A DNA stretch of 32,666 bases from an uncultured Bdellovibrionales bacterium (GTDB lineage: Bacteria; Bdellovibrionota; Bdellovibrionia; Bdellovibrionales; UBA1609), in contig CALGNA010000002.1 of assembly GCA_937958795.1 (NCBI GenBank), positions 1 to 32,666 on the forward strand, in the 5' to 3' direction. The notes below the pieces were generated by a model. That model was not told the origin of the DNA. It saw only the letters and a list, made by a program, of their open reading frames with translations, and made no database searches. A program made the position numbers and the translations under genes. This document shows, one piece after another, positions 1 to 8,495 of the stretch. Position 1 is the first letter of the stretch, and each line of letters opens with the position of its first letter.

Positions 1-2
1 TG

Positions 3-860
3 GGTATCATTAGTTACAAACCAGATAGTTATTTTGATTATTTTAAACCAGGTGGGCCGTTGGTTCTGATCAAATCATTGCCTGATCTTAATCTTCTTGG
101 TCCTGAACAGTTAGAATCAATTCGAATTCTTCTTAAAAATCAACACTATGAGCAAGGTGAAAAAGTTCGCTATAGCGAGTCTATTTTGAATTCATTCAAT
201 AATGGAATTCTCTTTTTGACTTCTAGTTGGCAGTCTTGTGGTGTTTATGCTGCGATGCTTTCAAAAATTTACTTTACTGGTATTTCTGGGAATTTGATTA
301 GGGGTTCAAATACTTATTTAGAATACTCACAGAATCTTAAGGAGCTTGTTTGGGATGTTAACCTTATGGCTTTTGGCTTAAGTTCTGGGGAAGATGCTGG
401 TATGGATTTGAGGTCAGTTTTGGTGTTAACAGCCTTTTCTAACACAGATTCAATTGTTCATGAAAATCAGCATTTAAAAGACGAAGAATTTTTACGACTA
501 TTAACTACAGAATTATTTTACCTATTAAAAAGCTACAATTTAGAAGGTTCTAGTTTTGCTCATGATTATCTCATTAATTTACATTCTGTAATTGCTGAAT
601 TTAGAGCATACTTTTCTGTAATAAATAATGATGAGGCTCTAGTTTCTTCCATCCTAGATTCTAAGTATTCAAAATATATTTCATCTTTTGAAAAATTATC
701 TACTTATCTTGAGCACTTGGTAAATTTTGCTCATTCATCTGAGTTAGAAAGTTTTATGGAGGATGTTTGTGGGTTTTTAAATATGGAGAACCTTCTTATT
801 GAATCTGAAGAGGTTTTAAACATTTTCCTTTCTCAGGTTACTTCCTGCCCTTCAATATAG
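3..860 (+). CDS. hypothetical protein, probably 5'-truncated by the window edge
   Basis: The frame of the 60..860 ORF stays open back to nt 3 (GIISYKPDSYFDYFKPGGP precedes the TTG at 60), so the real start is probably upstream of the window. No family motif recognised. Confidence 0.5.
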   Translation, partial: GIISYKPDSYFDYFKPGGPLVLIKSLPDLNLLGPEQLESIRILLKNQHYEQGEKVRYSESILNSFNNGILFLTSSWQSCGVYAAMLSKIYFTGISGNLIRGSNTYLEYSQNLKELVWDVNLMAFGLSSGEDAGMDLRSVLVLTAFSNTDSIVHENQHLKDEEFLRLLTTELFYLLKSYNLEGSSFAHDYLINLHSVIAEFRAYFSVINNDEALVSSILDSKYSKYISSFEKLSTYLEHLVNFAHSSELESFMEDVCGFLNMENLLIESEEVLNIFLSQVTSCPSI

Positions 861-1045
861 AAAACTGAATAAATCATGTAGAGGGTCTAATGGCTCAAAA
901 TATCTATTTTCAAGCTTAAAGCTAGTAAAATAGCTGAATTAGGGCTTGATTTGAGTTGAGACTCCAAGTACTTATAAGGCTCTCGTTTCGGGCCAAAAAG
1001 AGCTAAAAACCTATTTTTAGCCGCCTTGTTGCGAAGGAGTTTAAA

Positions 1046-1237
1046 ATGAAAGTAAAAACCCATAGTGGTGCTAAGAAGAGGTTTCGCGTTAAACCTTCTG
1101 GTAAGATCAAGCGTAAGAAAAAGGGCCTTCGCCACATTCTTTCGAACAAATCATCAAAGCGTAAAAGACAACTTGGAATGGCTACGTATACAGATCCAGC
1201 TAATAAGCCAGCCTTGAAGAAGTTGTTAAATATATAA
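1046..1237 (+). CDS. rpmI: 50S ribosomal protein L35
   Basis: 63-aa highly basic protein starting [15 protein letters not shown], the typical L35 N-terminus. AGGAG lies about 7 nt upstream of the ATG and rplT follows immediately. Confidence 0.95.
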   Translation: MKVKTHSGAKKRFRVKPSGKIKRKKKGLRHILSNKSSKRKRQLGMATYTDPANKPALKKLLNI

Positions 1238-1264
1238 AATAATTGATTATTTGGGAGAATTAAA

Positions 1265-1618
1265 ATGAGAGTTAAGCGCGGTACCGTTGCAAAAAAACGT
1301 CGTCAAAAAGTATTAAAAAGAGCAAAAGGTTTCTATTCATCTGGAAGTCGTAACTTCACAGTTGCAAAAGAGATGAGTGATAGAGCTCTTTGTTATGCCT
1401 ATAGAGATAGAAAAAACAGAAAAAGAGAGTTTAGAAGACTTTGGAACCAAAGAATTAATGCTGCTGCAAGAATCAATGGCATATCTTATTCTAAGTTTAT
1501 GGGTGGTCTTAAAAAGGCTGGAATCGAGTTAGATCGTAAGGTTTTAGCTGATATGGCTATTTTTAACCCAGCTTCTTTTGCTGAGCTAACAAATCACGCT
1601 AAACAGCACTGGGCATAA
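1265..1618 (+). CDS. rplT: 50S ribosomal protein L20
   Basis: MRVKRGTVAKKRRQKVLKRAKGF... and YAYRDRKNRKREFRRLW are classic L20 signatures. GGGAG Shine-Dalgarno upstream. Confidence 0.95.
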   Translation: MRVKRGTVAKKRRQKVLKRAKGFYSSGSRNFTVAKEMSDRALCYAYRDRKNRKREFRRLWNQRINAAARINGISYSKFMGGLKKAGIELDRKVLADMAIFNPASFAELTNHAKQHWA

Positions 1619-1694
1619 CTTGTTTTAAGGGTGAAGTTGTTTGGTTTTGCCCTTACCCAGTTTTAGTTGAGCATTAAATTGAGGAGCATAAAGA

Positions 1695-2774
1695 TTGCCT
1701 CAAACAATTACAGGTCAAAACGACAGCTTATTTGATTCAAAAAAATTTGATTCAAGAAAAAAAGATCATATTTTGTATTCTACATCAAAAGAGTCGCAAT
1801 TTGACTCTTTTAAGTCAGCATCTGAGCAGATTCAGTTGTTGCCTACGGCCTTTCCTGAAATAAATTTAAATCAAGTTAAGTTAAATCAAATACTACTAGG
1901 TGAAAGCTTTTCATCTCCACACTTTATTAGCTCCATGACTGGAGGCCACGAGTCCGGTTTTAAGACCAATGATGTATTAGCATCATGTGCTGCTGAGAAA
2001 AACTGGCTAATGGGAGTTGGGTCACAGCGCAAAGAACTAGCTGATTCTAGTTATGCCAAAGAGTGGACTGATATTAAGAAAAAATATCCAAAATTAAAGT
2101 TAATGGCTAATATTGGTTTGTCTCAACTTATAGAGGTTGGTTCTGAACAGATTGAGAGGCTTATTGATTCATGTCAGGCGATAGGGGTTTTTGTTCATTC
2201 AAACCCTTTGCAAGAAGCTGTTCAAAAAGAAGGGACACCAAATTTTGAAGGTGGACTCAAGGCGCTAGAGGCATTATGTGCCAAATCTTCTGTTCCAGTT
2301 GTTCTCAAAGAAGTTGGCTTTGGTATTACGAAGCGTGATTTATTAAGAGTAAATAATTTTGGATTAGCTGCGGTAGATATTTCAGGTGCCGGTGGGACAC
2401 ATTGGTCGAAAGTTGAAGCTTTAAGAGATTCTACAAAGAGTTTTCACTACGATTTAGGAATGTCTTTTAATAGATGGGGGCAAACAAGTGCTCAGATACT
2501 AAATGATGTGAGTTCTGAGGGTTTAAAGTTAAATTTTGATTTATGGGCCAGTGGTGGAGTAAGGTCAGGAGTTGATTCTTGTGCTTTACTTGCTGCTGGT
2601 GCTCAAGCAGTAGGGGTTGCATCGCCATTAATGAAGGCGGCACTTGCAGGGCCTGAGAATTTATTACAATTAATGAAGTTATATGATGAGCAGTTAAGAG
2701 TATCTATGTTTAATCTGGGTGTATGCAATGTTAAGTCTTTGAAGGATAAAAGCTTATGGAAGTGGAAGGGATAG
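1695..2774 (+). CDS. fni: isopentenyl-diphosphate delta-isomerase, type 2 (FMN-dependent)
   Basis: SSMTGG and GAGGTHW motifs and a TIM-barrel-like glycine pattern typical of IDI-2. TTG start preceded by GAGGAG. It sits first in a mevalonate gene set. Confidence 0.85.
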   Translation: MPQTITGQNDSLFDSKKFDSRKKDHILYSTSKESQFDSFKSASEQIQLLPTAFPEINLNQVKLNQILLGESFSSPHFISSMTGGHESGFKTNDVLASCAAEKNWLMGVGSQRKELADSSYAKEWTDIKKKYPKLKLMANIGLSQLIEVGSEQIERLIDSCQAIGVFVHSNPLQEAVQKEGTPNFEGGLKALEALCAKSSVPVVLKEVGFGITKRDLLRVNNFGLAAVDISGAGGTHWSKVEALRDSTKSFHYDLGMSFNRWGQTSAQILNDVSSEGLKLNFDLWASGGVRSGVDSCALLAAGAQAVGVASPLMKAALAGPENLLQLMKLYDEQLRVSMFNLGVCNVKSLKDKSLWKWKG

Positions 2775-4102
2775 ATTACGAAGAGTACTTTAAGGGCTTT
2801 TCTAAGTTAACTCGTAAAGAGCGTTTTACTCGTCTTATTATGATGGGTGTTCTGAAAAAAGAAGACGTTGCTGCAATTCAGAAAACGAATTGTATTTTTG
2901 AGAATGATTTGGCAGAAAAATTTATCGAGAACTCACTAGGTTATTTTATGTTACCTATCGGGGTAGCGACTAATTTTAATATTAATGGTAAAGATGTAGT
3001 CATTCCAATGGCTGTAGAAGAAACTTCTATTATTGCAGCTGCAAGTAAGACGGCACGCTGGGTTCGAAAGCACGGTTCCATTAAGACTGAAATGGTCGGT
3101 AATGAAATTATTGGCCAAATGCAGTTTTCGGATATTAAAAATGAAGAGACCTTTATAGATTTAATAGAAAAAAATAAATTAAGTTTAATAGAAAAAGCAA
3201 ACAAAAAGGTCGCTTTTGGCCTTGTGAATCGAGGTGGTGGTGTTCGTGATATTCAATGTAGAAAAATTGTTCCGGATTCTACTTTAGAGGGTGGAGATCC
3301 TCATTCTAGTTTTGTTGTTCTTCATGTTTTGATGAATGCATGTGATGCCATGGGAGCTAACATTGTAAATCAAGTGTGTGAGTTTTTAAAGACTCCCATT
3401 TTTGAACTTACAAACCAAGAAGCTTCAATGTGCATTCTATCAAATTTAACAGATACAAGGCTTACTAAGGCTACAATTGAGCTTGATGGTTTAGATGAAG
3501 AGTTAGTTGAAAAAATTGAAAAAGCTTCTTACTTTGCAGAAAGAGATCCTTACAGAGCGGCTACACATAACAAAGGAGTTATGAACGGAGTTGATCCGAT
3601 TATAATTGCTACCGGTAATGATTGGCGTGCAGTAGAGGCTGCAGTTCATGCGTATGCAGCGCAATCAGATCAGTACAGAGTTGTGACGAGATGGCGAAAG
3701 GTAGGTAAAAATGGGCTTAGGGGAGAATTTTTAGCTCCTATTCCAGTAGGCACGGTAGGTGGAGTTACGAACTTACACCCTTATGCACAGACCGCATTAC
3801 GAATGATGGGTATCAAAAAAGCAGATGAATTATCTCAGATCTGTGCAGCTGTTGGGTTAGTTCAAAACTTAGGTGCTTTAAAGGCCTTAACGACTGTGGG
3901 TATTATTGAAGGGCATATGAAGCTTCATATCAAAAACTTAACATTAAGTGCTGGGGCCAGTGAGGAAGAGGTTCCAGCCGTTCAAAAAAAATTAGAAGAA
4001 ATCTTGAGATTAACAAAAAGAATCTCTTTATCTAATGCTAAAGACGTTTTAAGTGAAATCAGAGGGTCCAATAGAGTTAGACCTATAGAAAATAGAATTT
4101 AG
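2756..4102 (+). CDS. mvaA: hydroxymethylglutaryl-CoA reductase, class II
   Basis: PMAVEETSIIAAAS, DAMGANIVNQ and GTVGGVT blocks are characteristic of class-II HMGR. Overlaps the fni 3' end by 19 nt. Confidence 0.9.
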   Translation: MEVEGIDYEEYFKGFSKLTRKERFTRLIMMGVLKKEDVAAIQKTNCIFENDLAEKFIENSLGYFMLPIGVATNFNINGKDVVIPMAVEETSIIAAASKTARWVRKHGSIKTEMVGNEIIGQMQFSDIKNEETFIDLIEKNKLSLIEKANKKVAFGLVNRGGGVRDIQCRKIVPDSTLEGGDPHSSFVVLHVLMNACDAMGANIVNQVCEFLKTPIFELTNQEASMCILSNLTDTRLTKATIELDGLDEELVEKIEKASYFAERDPYRAATHNKGVMNGVDPIIIATGNDWRAVEAAVHAYAAQSDQYRVVTRWRKVGKNGLRGEFLAPIPVGTVGGVTNLHPYAQTALRMMGIKKADELSQICAAVGLVQNLGALKALTTVGIIEGHMKLHIKNLTLSAGASEEEVPAVQKKLEEILRLTKRISLSNAKDVLSEIRGSNRVRPIENRI

Positions 4103-4109
4103 ATTTAGT

Positions 4110-4952
4110 ATGTCTGAAGCTATATTAAAAACAAAAGTATGCAGTAAGACATTTTTTTTAGGTGAGTACGGTGTTTTGACCCATGGAAGGGCTATTGTTT
4201 ATGCCCACGATCCCTTTTTTTTAAATGAAAACATACAGCTAAAATCAAAAGAGACAGAGCTAGCCTTTACTCAGTTTCATCCAAAAAGTCCTGCTGGTCT
4301 GTTGTTGGAAAAGTACAAAAAAAAATCTGGGATTGTTTTTAAAGACCCTCATGATGGGGTCGGTGGTTTTGGAGGTTCAACAGCAGAGTTTTTGTTAGTT
4401 GCAGAAAGTTTGGGTTTTTTAGGGACTGGGACAGATGAAAATATTCATTCTATTTGGAAAAAATATTTAAGCCTCCATCTTGGTGTAAAACCAAGTGGTG
4501 CAGATGTAGCAGTTCAGGCTAAATCAATATTTATGGGTAAGGGTTTATATCTATTTTGTAGTACTCCCTTTAAGGTTGAAAAGTTAGATTGGCCATTTAA
4601 AGAGCTTACAATAAGTGTTTCACATACAGGGCATAAGCTTAAGACACATGAGCATCTAAATAAATTAAGCAGTAAACTAAACCCAGGTGCGTTTAAGCAG
4701 GTTGGAGAACATGTGGATAAGGCTGTGGAAAGTGCTTTACAGGCGCTTAAAACAGCAGATTTGGGCTTGTTAAAAGAGGCTTTTTTGATGCAAGAAAATG
4801 TATTGGTAGATAATGGGCTTATTTGTAAAAACTCAATCAGTCTTCTGGAGGAACTTAGGATAAACCTAGCTCATAATAATGAGGTCGTTAAAGCCTGTGG
4901 GGCTATGGGGAGTGATACAATTCTGTCATTCCACAACATTAAGAGCTGTTAA
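4110..4952 (+). CDS. mvaK2: GHMP-family kinase, probable phosphomevalonate kinase (short form, 280 aa)
   Basis: N-terminal KTFFLGEYGVL (PMK-like GEY motif rather than the GEHAV of mevalonate kinase), GHMP phosphate-binding loop GGFGGSTAEF, and pathway context. The assignment PMK versus another GHMP kinase is by motif only. Confidence 0.6.
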   Translation: MSEAILKTKVCSKTFFLGEYGVLTHGRAIVYAHDPFFLNENIQLKSKETELAFTQFHPKSPAGLLLEKYKKKSGIVFKDPHDGVGGFGGSTAEFLLVAESLGFLGTGTDENIHSIWKKYLSLHLGVKPSGADVAVQAKSIFMGKGLYLFCSTPFKVEKLDWPFKELTISVSHTGHKLKTHEHLNKLSSKLNPGAFKQVGEHVDKAVESALQALKTADLGLLKEAFLMQENVLVDNGLICKNSISLLEELRINLAHNNEVVKACGAMGSDTILSFHNIKSC

Positions 4953-5062
4953 GTAACTATCGCTAAGTAGTAGTTATGCCTATCGTATTGCCAAGATTGA
5001 ATTAAGAAAAACTTATTATTCAAGGTCTATTTGTCAAAAAGAAAGGTCTTAAATTCAAATTT

Positions 5063-6349
5063 TTACTTTTTTGCCAAGCAGGTGTTTCCTATATCAGATG
5101 ACGAACTTGTAATAGTAATATTAAATTCACCATCAACATTGCTATGCTTCCAGGGTTTTTCCCCTCCAGCATTTAAATAAATATCTGTTCCATTTCCTTT
5201 AATTGAGCAAGAAGTATAGGGCTTAAAGTACTTTCCAATATAATGGTTGTATTTAGGGAAAAGATTATCGTAAAAATAAAGACCAACATGAAAATTTTCT
5301 TCTTGTAAGTCTCTAAGTCCATTAATTTGGACATTATACCACGTTTCTTTTTCTGCAAAAAAAATACCCGTAATCAAGAAGGTCCAAAGCAGTGGAAACA
5401 TGAGTGGGAAGATTAACTTTTTTTGATCCCACAACAGATTTAGAAATATTTATATCTATTTCTCCCGTACCGACGTATGTTACTTTCAAACTATTTGTAT
5501 CAAAAAAATAATTAAAAAATCTGTTGCTAATATAAATTGAATTTGATTCTGATAGATCTAAAAATGCAATTTGAGTAGTTGGGAATGTATCTTCAAGAGA
5601 GTCTTCATTGTAAGAGTATTCAGAAACTTCAATTAATATGTAGCCAGACTCAGAACCATGAACTGTAAGACTTGTCTTTGTTTCTTCAGCAGGGCCAGAA
5701 ATCTTATTTGTAAAGTTAATAACTTTAGGCTTGTTACTCATGACAGCAGTAATTTTAGACTCCTTTGTCTCGTCTAAAGAGAGAAATTCAATATTTTCTT
5801 TTAAATGCTTCTCTCTCACTAGAAAGAAAACATTAAAACCCTTATCTTTCGAATATTCATTAAAGAAATAATCTGAAAAATAACTACTATCAAATATGGA
5901 ATAACTATAGACGTTTAAAGGAAGATTATCTGGTGCATTTATAAAAAACTTATTTCTATACAATGCTTGTGTGCGCCAAAGTTCGTATTTTTCATTAAAA
6001 GAACCACTAGAGTTATAAACGCTTAATTGAGATGGATTAAGATGATAATTACTTTGTCCGTTTTCATCAAGAATGTTCAAGAAGCCTTCGTATATTTTAC
6101 CATCAATAAAATTATTTACTTCAAATCTAGGTGTTCTGATGTCAGAGCGATCATATGGAGGTTTAAAAGATAATAAAGAAGGTTGATTAACGGAAGTGAC
6201 AATCTTAGAGCTAGTGCTACTACTTGAAAGTATATCAGATTTATATAAAATATCGCTTTTGATTGGGCTTAAATCACCATCTATTGATGAAGCTAAATTT
6301 CCTAATAAACTATAGATACAAATGTAGGTAAGATTTTTATAAACTTCAT
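5063..6349 (-). pseudogene. secreted protein of unknown family, reading frame broken twice (true pseudogene or homopolymer assembly errors)
   Basis: AAGGAG sits 6 nt upstream of the ATG at 6349, but that frame stops after 15 codons (TAG at 6304-6302). A different frame is open from 6371 to 5334 with no canonical start before the TTG at 6080. The ATG frame resumes as ORF 5434..5063. The shift points coincide with a 5-nt run (6334-6338) and an 8-nt run (5357-5364; a 7-nt run lies at 5418-5424). The repaired product would begin MKFIKNLTYICIYSLLGNLASS, which is signal-peptide-like. Confidence 0.5.
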
Positions 6350-6604
6350 TAGATCTCCTTAGTATGGTATTCTATGTTCATGCTAAATTTAAACTATAAG
6401 TAAAGGTCTGGGATCGACAAGATCTCTCTTTCTAATATACTTAAGTTTTACCTCTTTTTTGTGATTTTAGAGTTTGAGTTTTAGGTGGAACCCTTATTTT
6501 GAATATTACTATAGTCAGCCGGGTGGATTCTAGTTAAGTCTGTGATGAAGTCCTTTGACTTCGATTCTAATATCTACAATTCTTTTTGAAAAAATGGAGA
6601 TATT

Positions 6605-7576
6605 ATGAGGACTTGGTCGGCTGAGGCTCCTTCAAATTTGGCTCTTATTAAATATATGGGAAAATCAGATGTTTCCCAAAACCAGGCAGACAACCCTAGT
6701 TTGTCTTGGACCATGAATCACTTGAAAACTCGAGTGGAAATACGCCCTCAAAAGGTGCCTTTGGATTCGTGGGGACCTTTGGTCGGTTCACCAGAGTATT
6801 CTATTAAGTTATCAGGAAAAGCCGAGTTGAAGTTCTTGGATCATTTTCGATTTTTGAAGGAAAAATGGGGGCTTACAGGGTTTTATAAAATATCTTCTGG
6901 AAACAATTTCCCATCTGACTGTGGTCTAGCAAGTTCTGCCTCAAGCTTTGCAGCACTTACAAAGGCAAGCTTTGAAGTTGCTAAAGAGACGAGGCCTGAT
7001 GTTGAATTGAGTCCTTCAGACTTACCTTATCTTAGTCAGGCGGGGTCAGGTTCATCATGTCGATCTTTTGTAAAGGACTGGTGTTTGTGGAATGGAGATT
7101 CGATAGGTCCAGTTGAGCTTCCAAATAAAGACCTCATTCATCAAGTTATAGTGGTTTCCTCTGGCTTTAAAAGAGTCTCTTCAAGCCAGGCCCACTTAAA
7201 AGTTAAATCCAGTCTGTTGTATGAGGGTCGAAACCATAGGGCAAGGCTAAGGCTGGATAAGTTAAATACTGCGTTTAAAAATCATGATTGGGAGCAGGCT
7301 TATCAAATCTGTTGGGCCGAGTTTATGGACATGCATATGCTGTTTGAAACTGCTCAGCCGCATTTTAGCTATTTTACCCCTGATACATGGGTCGTTCTTA
7401 ATGAAGTACGTGAGTATTGGAGGAAAATATCAGATGGTCCTATTGTAACTATGGATGCTGGTCCTAATGTGCATTTGCTCTATAAAAAAAATCAAAAGCC
7501 TATGGCCAATCAATTTAGAAAAAAGTTTGAATCCAAGTTTCAAGTCCTGGGTACAGATCAAGCTGTTGGCTTATAG
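6605..7576 (+). CDS. mvaD: diphosphomevalonate decarboxylase
   Basis: APSNLALIKYMGK N-terminus, GLASSASSFAAL GHMP loop and GSGSSCRS motif typical of MVD. GGAGA Shine-Dalgarno upstream. Confidence 0.9.
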   Translation: MRTWSAEAPSNLALIKYMGKSDVSQNQADNPSLSWTMNHLKTRVEIRPQKVPLDSWGPLVGSPEYSIKLSGKAELKFLDHFRFLKEKWGLTGFYKISSGNNFPSDCGLASSASSFAALTKASFEVAKETRPDVELSPSDLPYLSQAGSGSSCRSFVKDWCLWNGDSIGPVELPNKDLIHQVIVVSSGFKRVSSSQAHLKVKSSLLYEGRNHRARLRLDKLNTAFKNHDWEQAYQICWAEFMDMHMLFETAQPHFSYFTPDTWVVLNEVREYWRKISDGPIVTMDAGPNVHLLYKKNQKPMANQFRKKFESKFQVLGTDQAVGL

Positions 7577-7578
7577 TT

Positions 7579-8493
7579 ATGGGGTTTGAAAAATCAATTT
7601 ATGGAAAATGGGTTTTAACTGGAGAACATGCTGTATTAAGAGGAGCCGGAGCTCTTGTTTTTCCTTATAAAAAAAAGAAAATAAGAATTCAGTATGAAAA
7701 AACATCAAAGTCTCTTTGTGCAAACTTTTCAGGTCCATACGGTCAGTCTTATGAAAATTTATTCTGGGGCGTTGTAGAAAGAGCTTTGCATAAAATAAAT
7801 TTAAATACAGAAGATCTAACGGGTCATTTAAATTTTGAAGCTGATTTAACATTAGGTGGAGGACTTGGTGGTTCTGCCGCTCTTTGTGTTTCTATTTCCG
7901 AGGTTTTTGTTGAACTTGGGTTTATTGAAAAAAATACTCAGTTTGAATTCTGTAAAAATCTTGAGGATGGGTTTCATGGAAAAAGCAGTGGGGTTGATAT
8001 TGCTGTGGCGTTAAGCTCAGGGTCCCCATTGTATTATAAAATGGACATGGAAAAAACTCGACCATTAGAGATTGAATGGTTTCCTCCCATTACTTTAGAA
8101 AATACAGGTCTAAAAGGTTTTACTTCAGAGTGTGTTAAAAAAGTACAAGAGTTAATAATTAAAGACCCAAAATATTACTCTAACATTGATACTCAAATGA
8201 ATGAGGCTACTGAGTGTGCTTATAAATCTTTATCAAGCTTAGGTGAGAATGTTGATCAAAGATGGGATTTTATGAAAGAAGCATTTGATTTAGGGCAGGT
8301 TTGTTTTAAAGAATGGGGTTTAATTCCGGAGAGTCTTCAGGAAAAGATAAATGAAATTTATGATAAAGGTGCTTCAGCAGTAAAGATAACAGGTTCAGGG
8401 ATGGGTGGTAATCTTTTGGCATTATGGCCAATTGAATCACGAACGAGTCGCAATAGTTTGAGTTCTAATACAAGCAAAAATTGGGTGTTATAG
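7579..8493 (+). CDS. mvk: mevalonate kinase
   Basis: GKWVLTGEHAVLRG (MVK GEHAV motif), GGGLGGSAALCVS GHMP loop and C-terminal TGSGMGGN. The ATG is 2 nt after the mvaD stop. Confidence 0.8.
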   Translation: MGFEKSIYGKWVLTGEHAVLRGAGALVFPYKKKKIRIQYEKTSKSLCANFSGPYGQSYENLFWGVVERALHKINLNTEDLTGHLNFEADLTLGGGLGGSAALCVSISEVFVELGFIEKNTQFEFCKNLEDGFHGKSSGVDIAVALSSGSPLYYKMDMEKTRPLEIEWFPPITLENTGLKGFTSECVKKVQELIIKDPKYYSNIDTQMNEATECAYKSLSSLGENVDQRWDFMKEAFDLGQVCFKEWGLIPESLQEKINEIYDKGASAVKITGSGMGGNLLALWPIESRTSRNSLSSNTSKNWVL

Positions 8494-8495
8494 TT

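Noticed and set aside
887-1135. Short ORFs in the track that lie antisense to, or out of frame within, well-supported genes: 887-1135(-), 2941-3204(-), 5173-5358(-), 7577-7852(-), 8358-8672(-), 10671-10865(-), 14863-15069(+), 16551-16742(+), 18789-18983(+), 19603-19788(+), 19805-19987(-), 21491-21733(+), 21788-22042(+), 22690-22923(+), 25700-25894(+), 26453-26662(-), 30031-30234(-).
   Set aside because: Each overlaps a longer ORF that carries clear family motifs. None has a convincing RBS, and their compositions (Lys/Phe/Ile-rich or Arg/Ser-rich) look like shadow frames of AT-rich coding DNA.
1626-1655. Possible terminator after rplT (TAAGGG ... CCCTTA), and similar short stems after pmk (4953-4976), rel/spoT (15452-15471), the 24367 gene (~25410-25445) and SulP (27141-27157).
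   Set aside because: The stems are only 5-6 bp, mostly AT-rich, with large loops or no following T-tract. This is too weak to annotate without an energy calculation.
8481-8495. Upstream TTG starts suggested by the ORF track for mutL (8481), rpoZ (12847), the lipoprotein (15443) and the 24355 ORF.
   Set aside because: In each case an internal ATG gives the canonical family N-terminus or signal peptide and is better placed relative to an SD-like sequence or the upstream stop codon.
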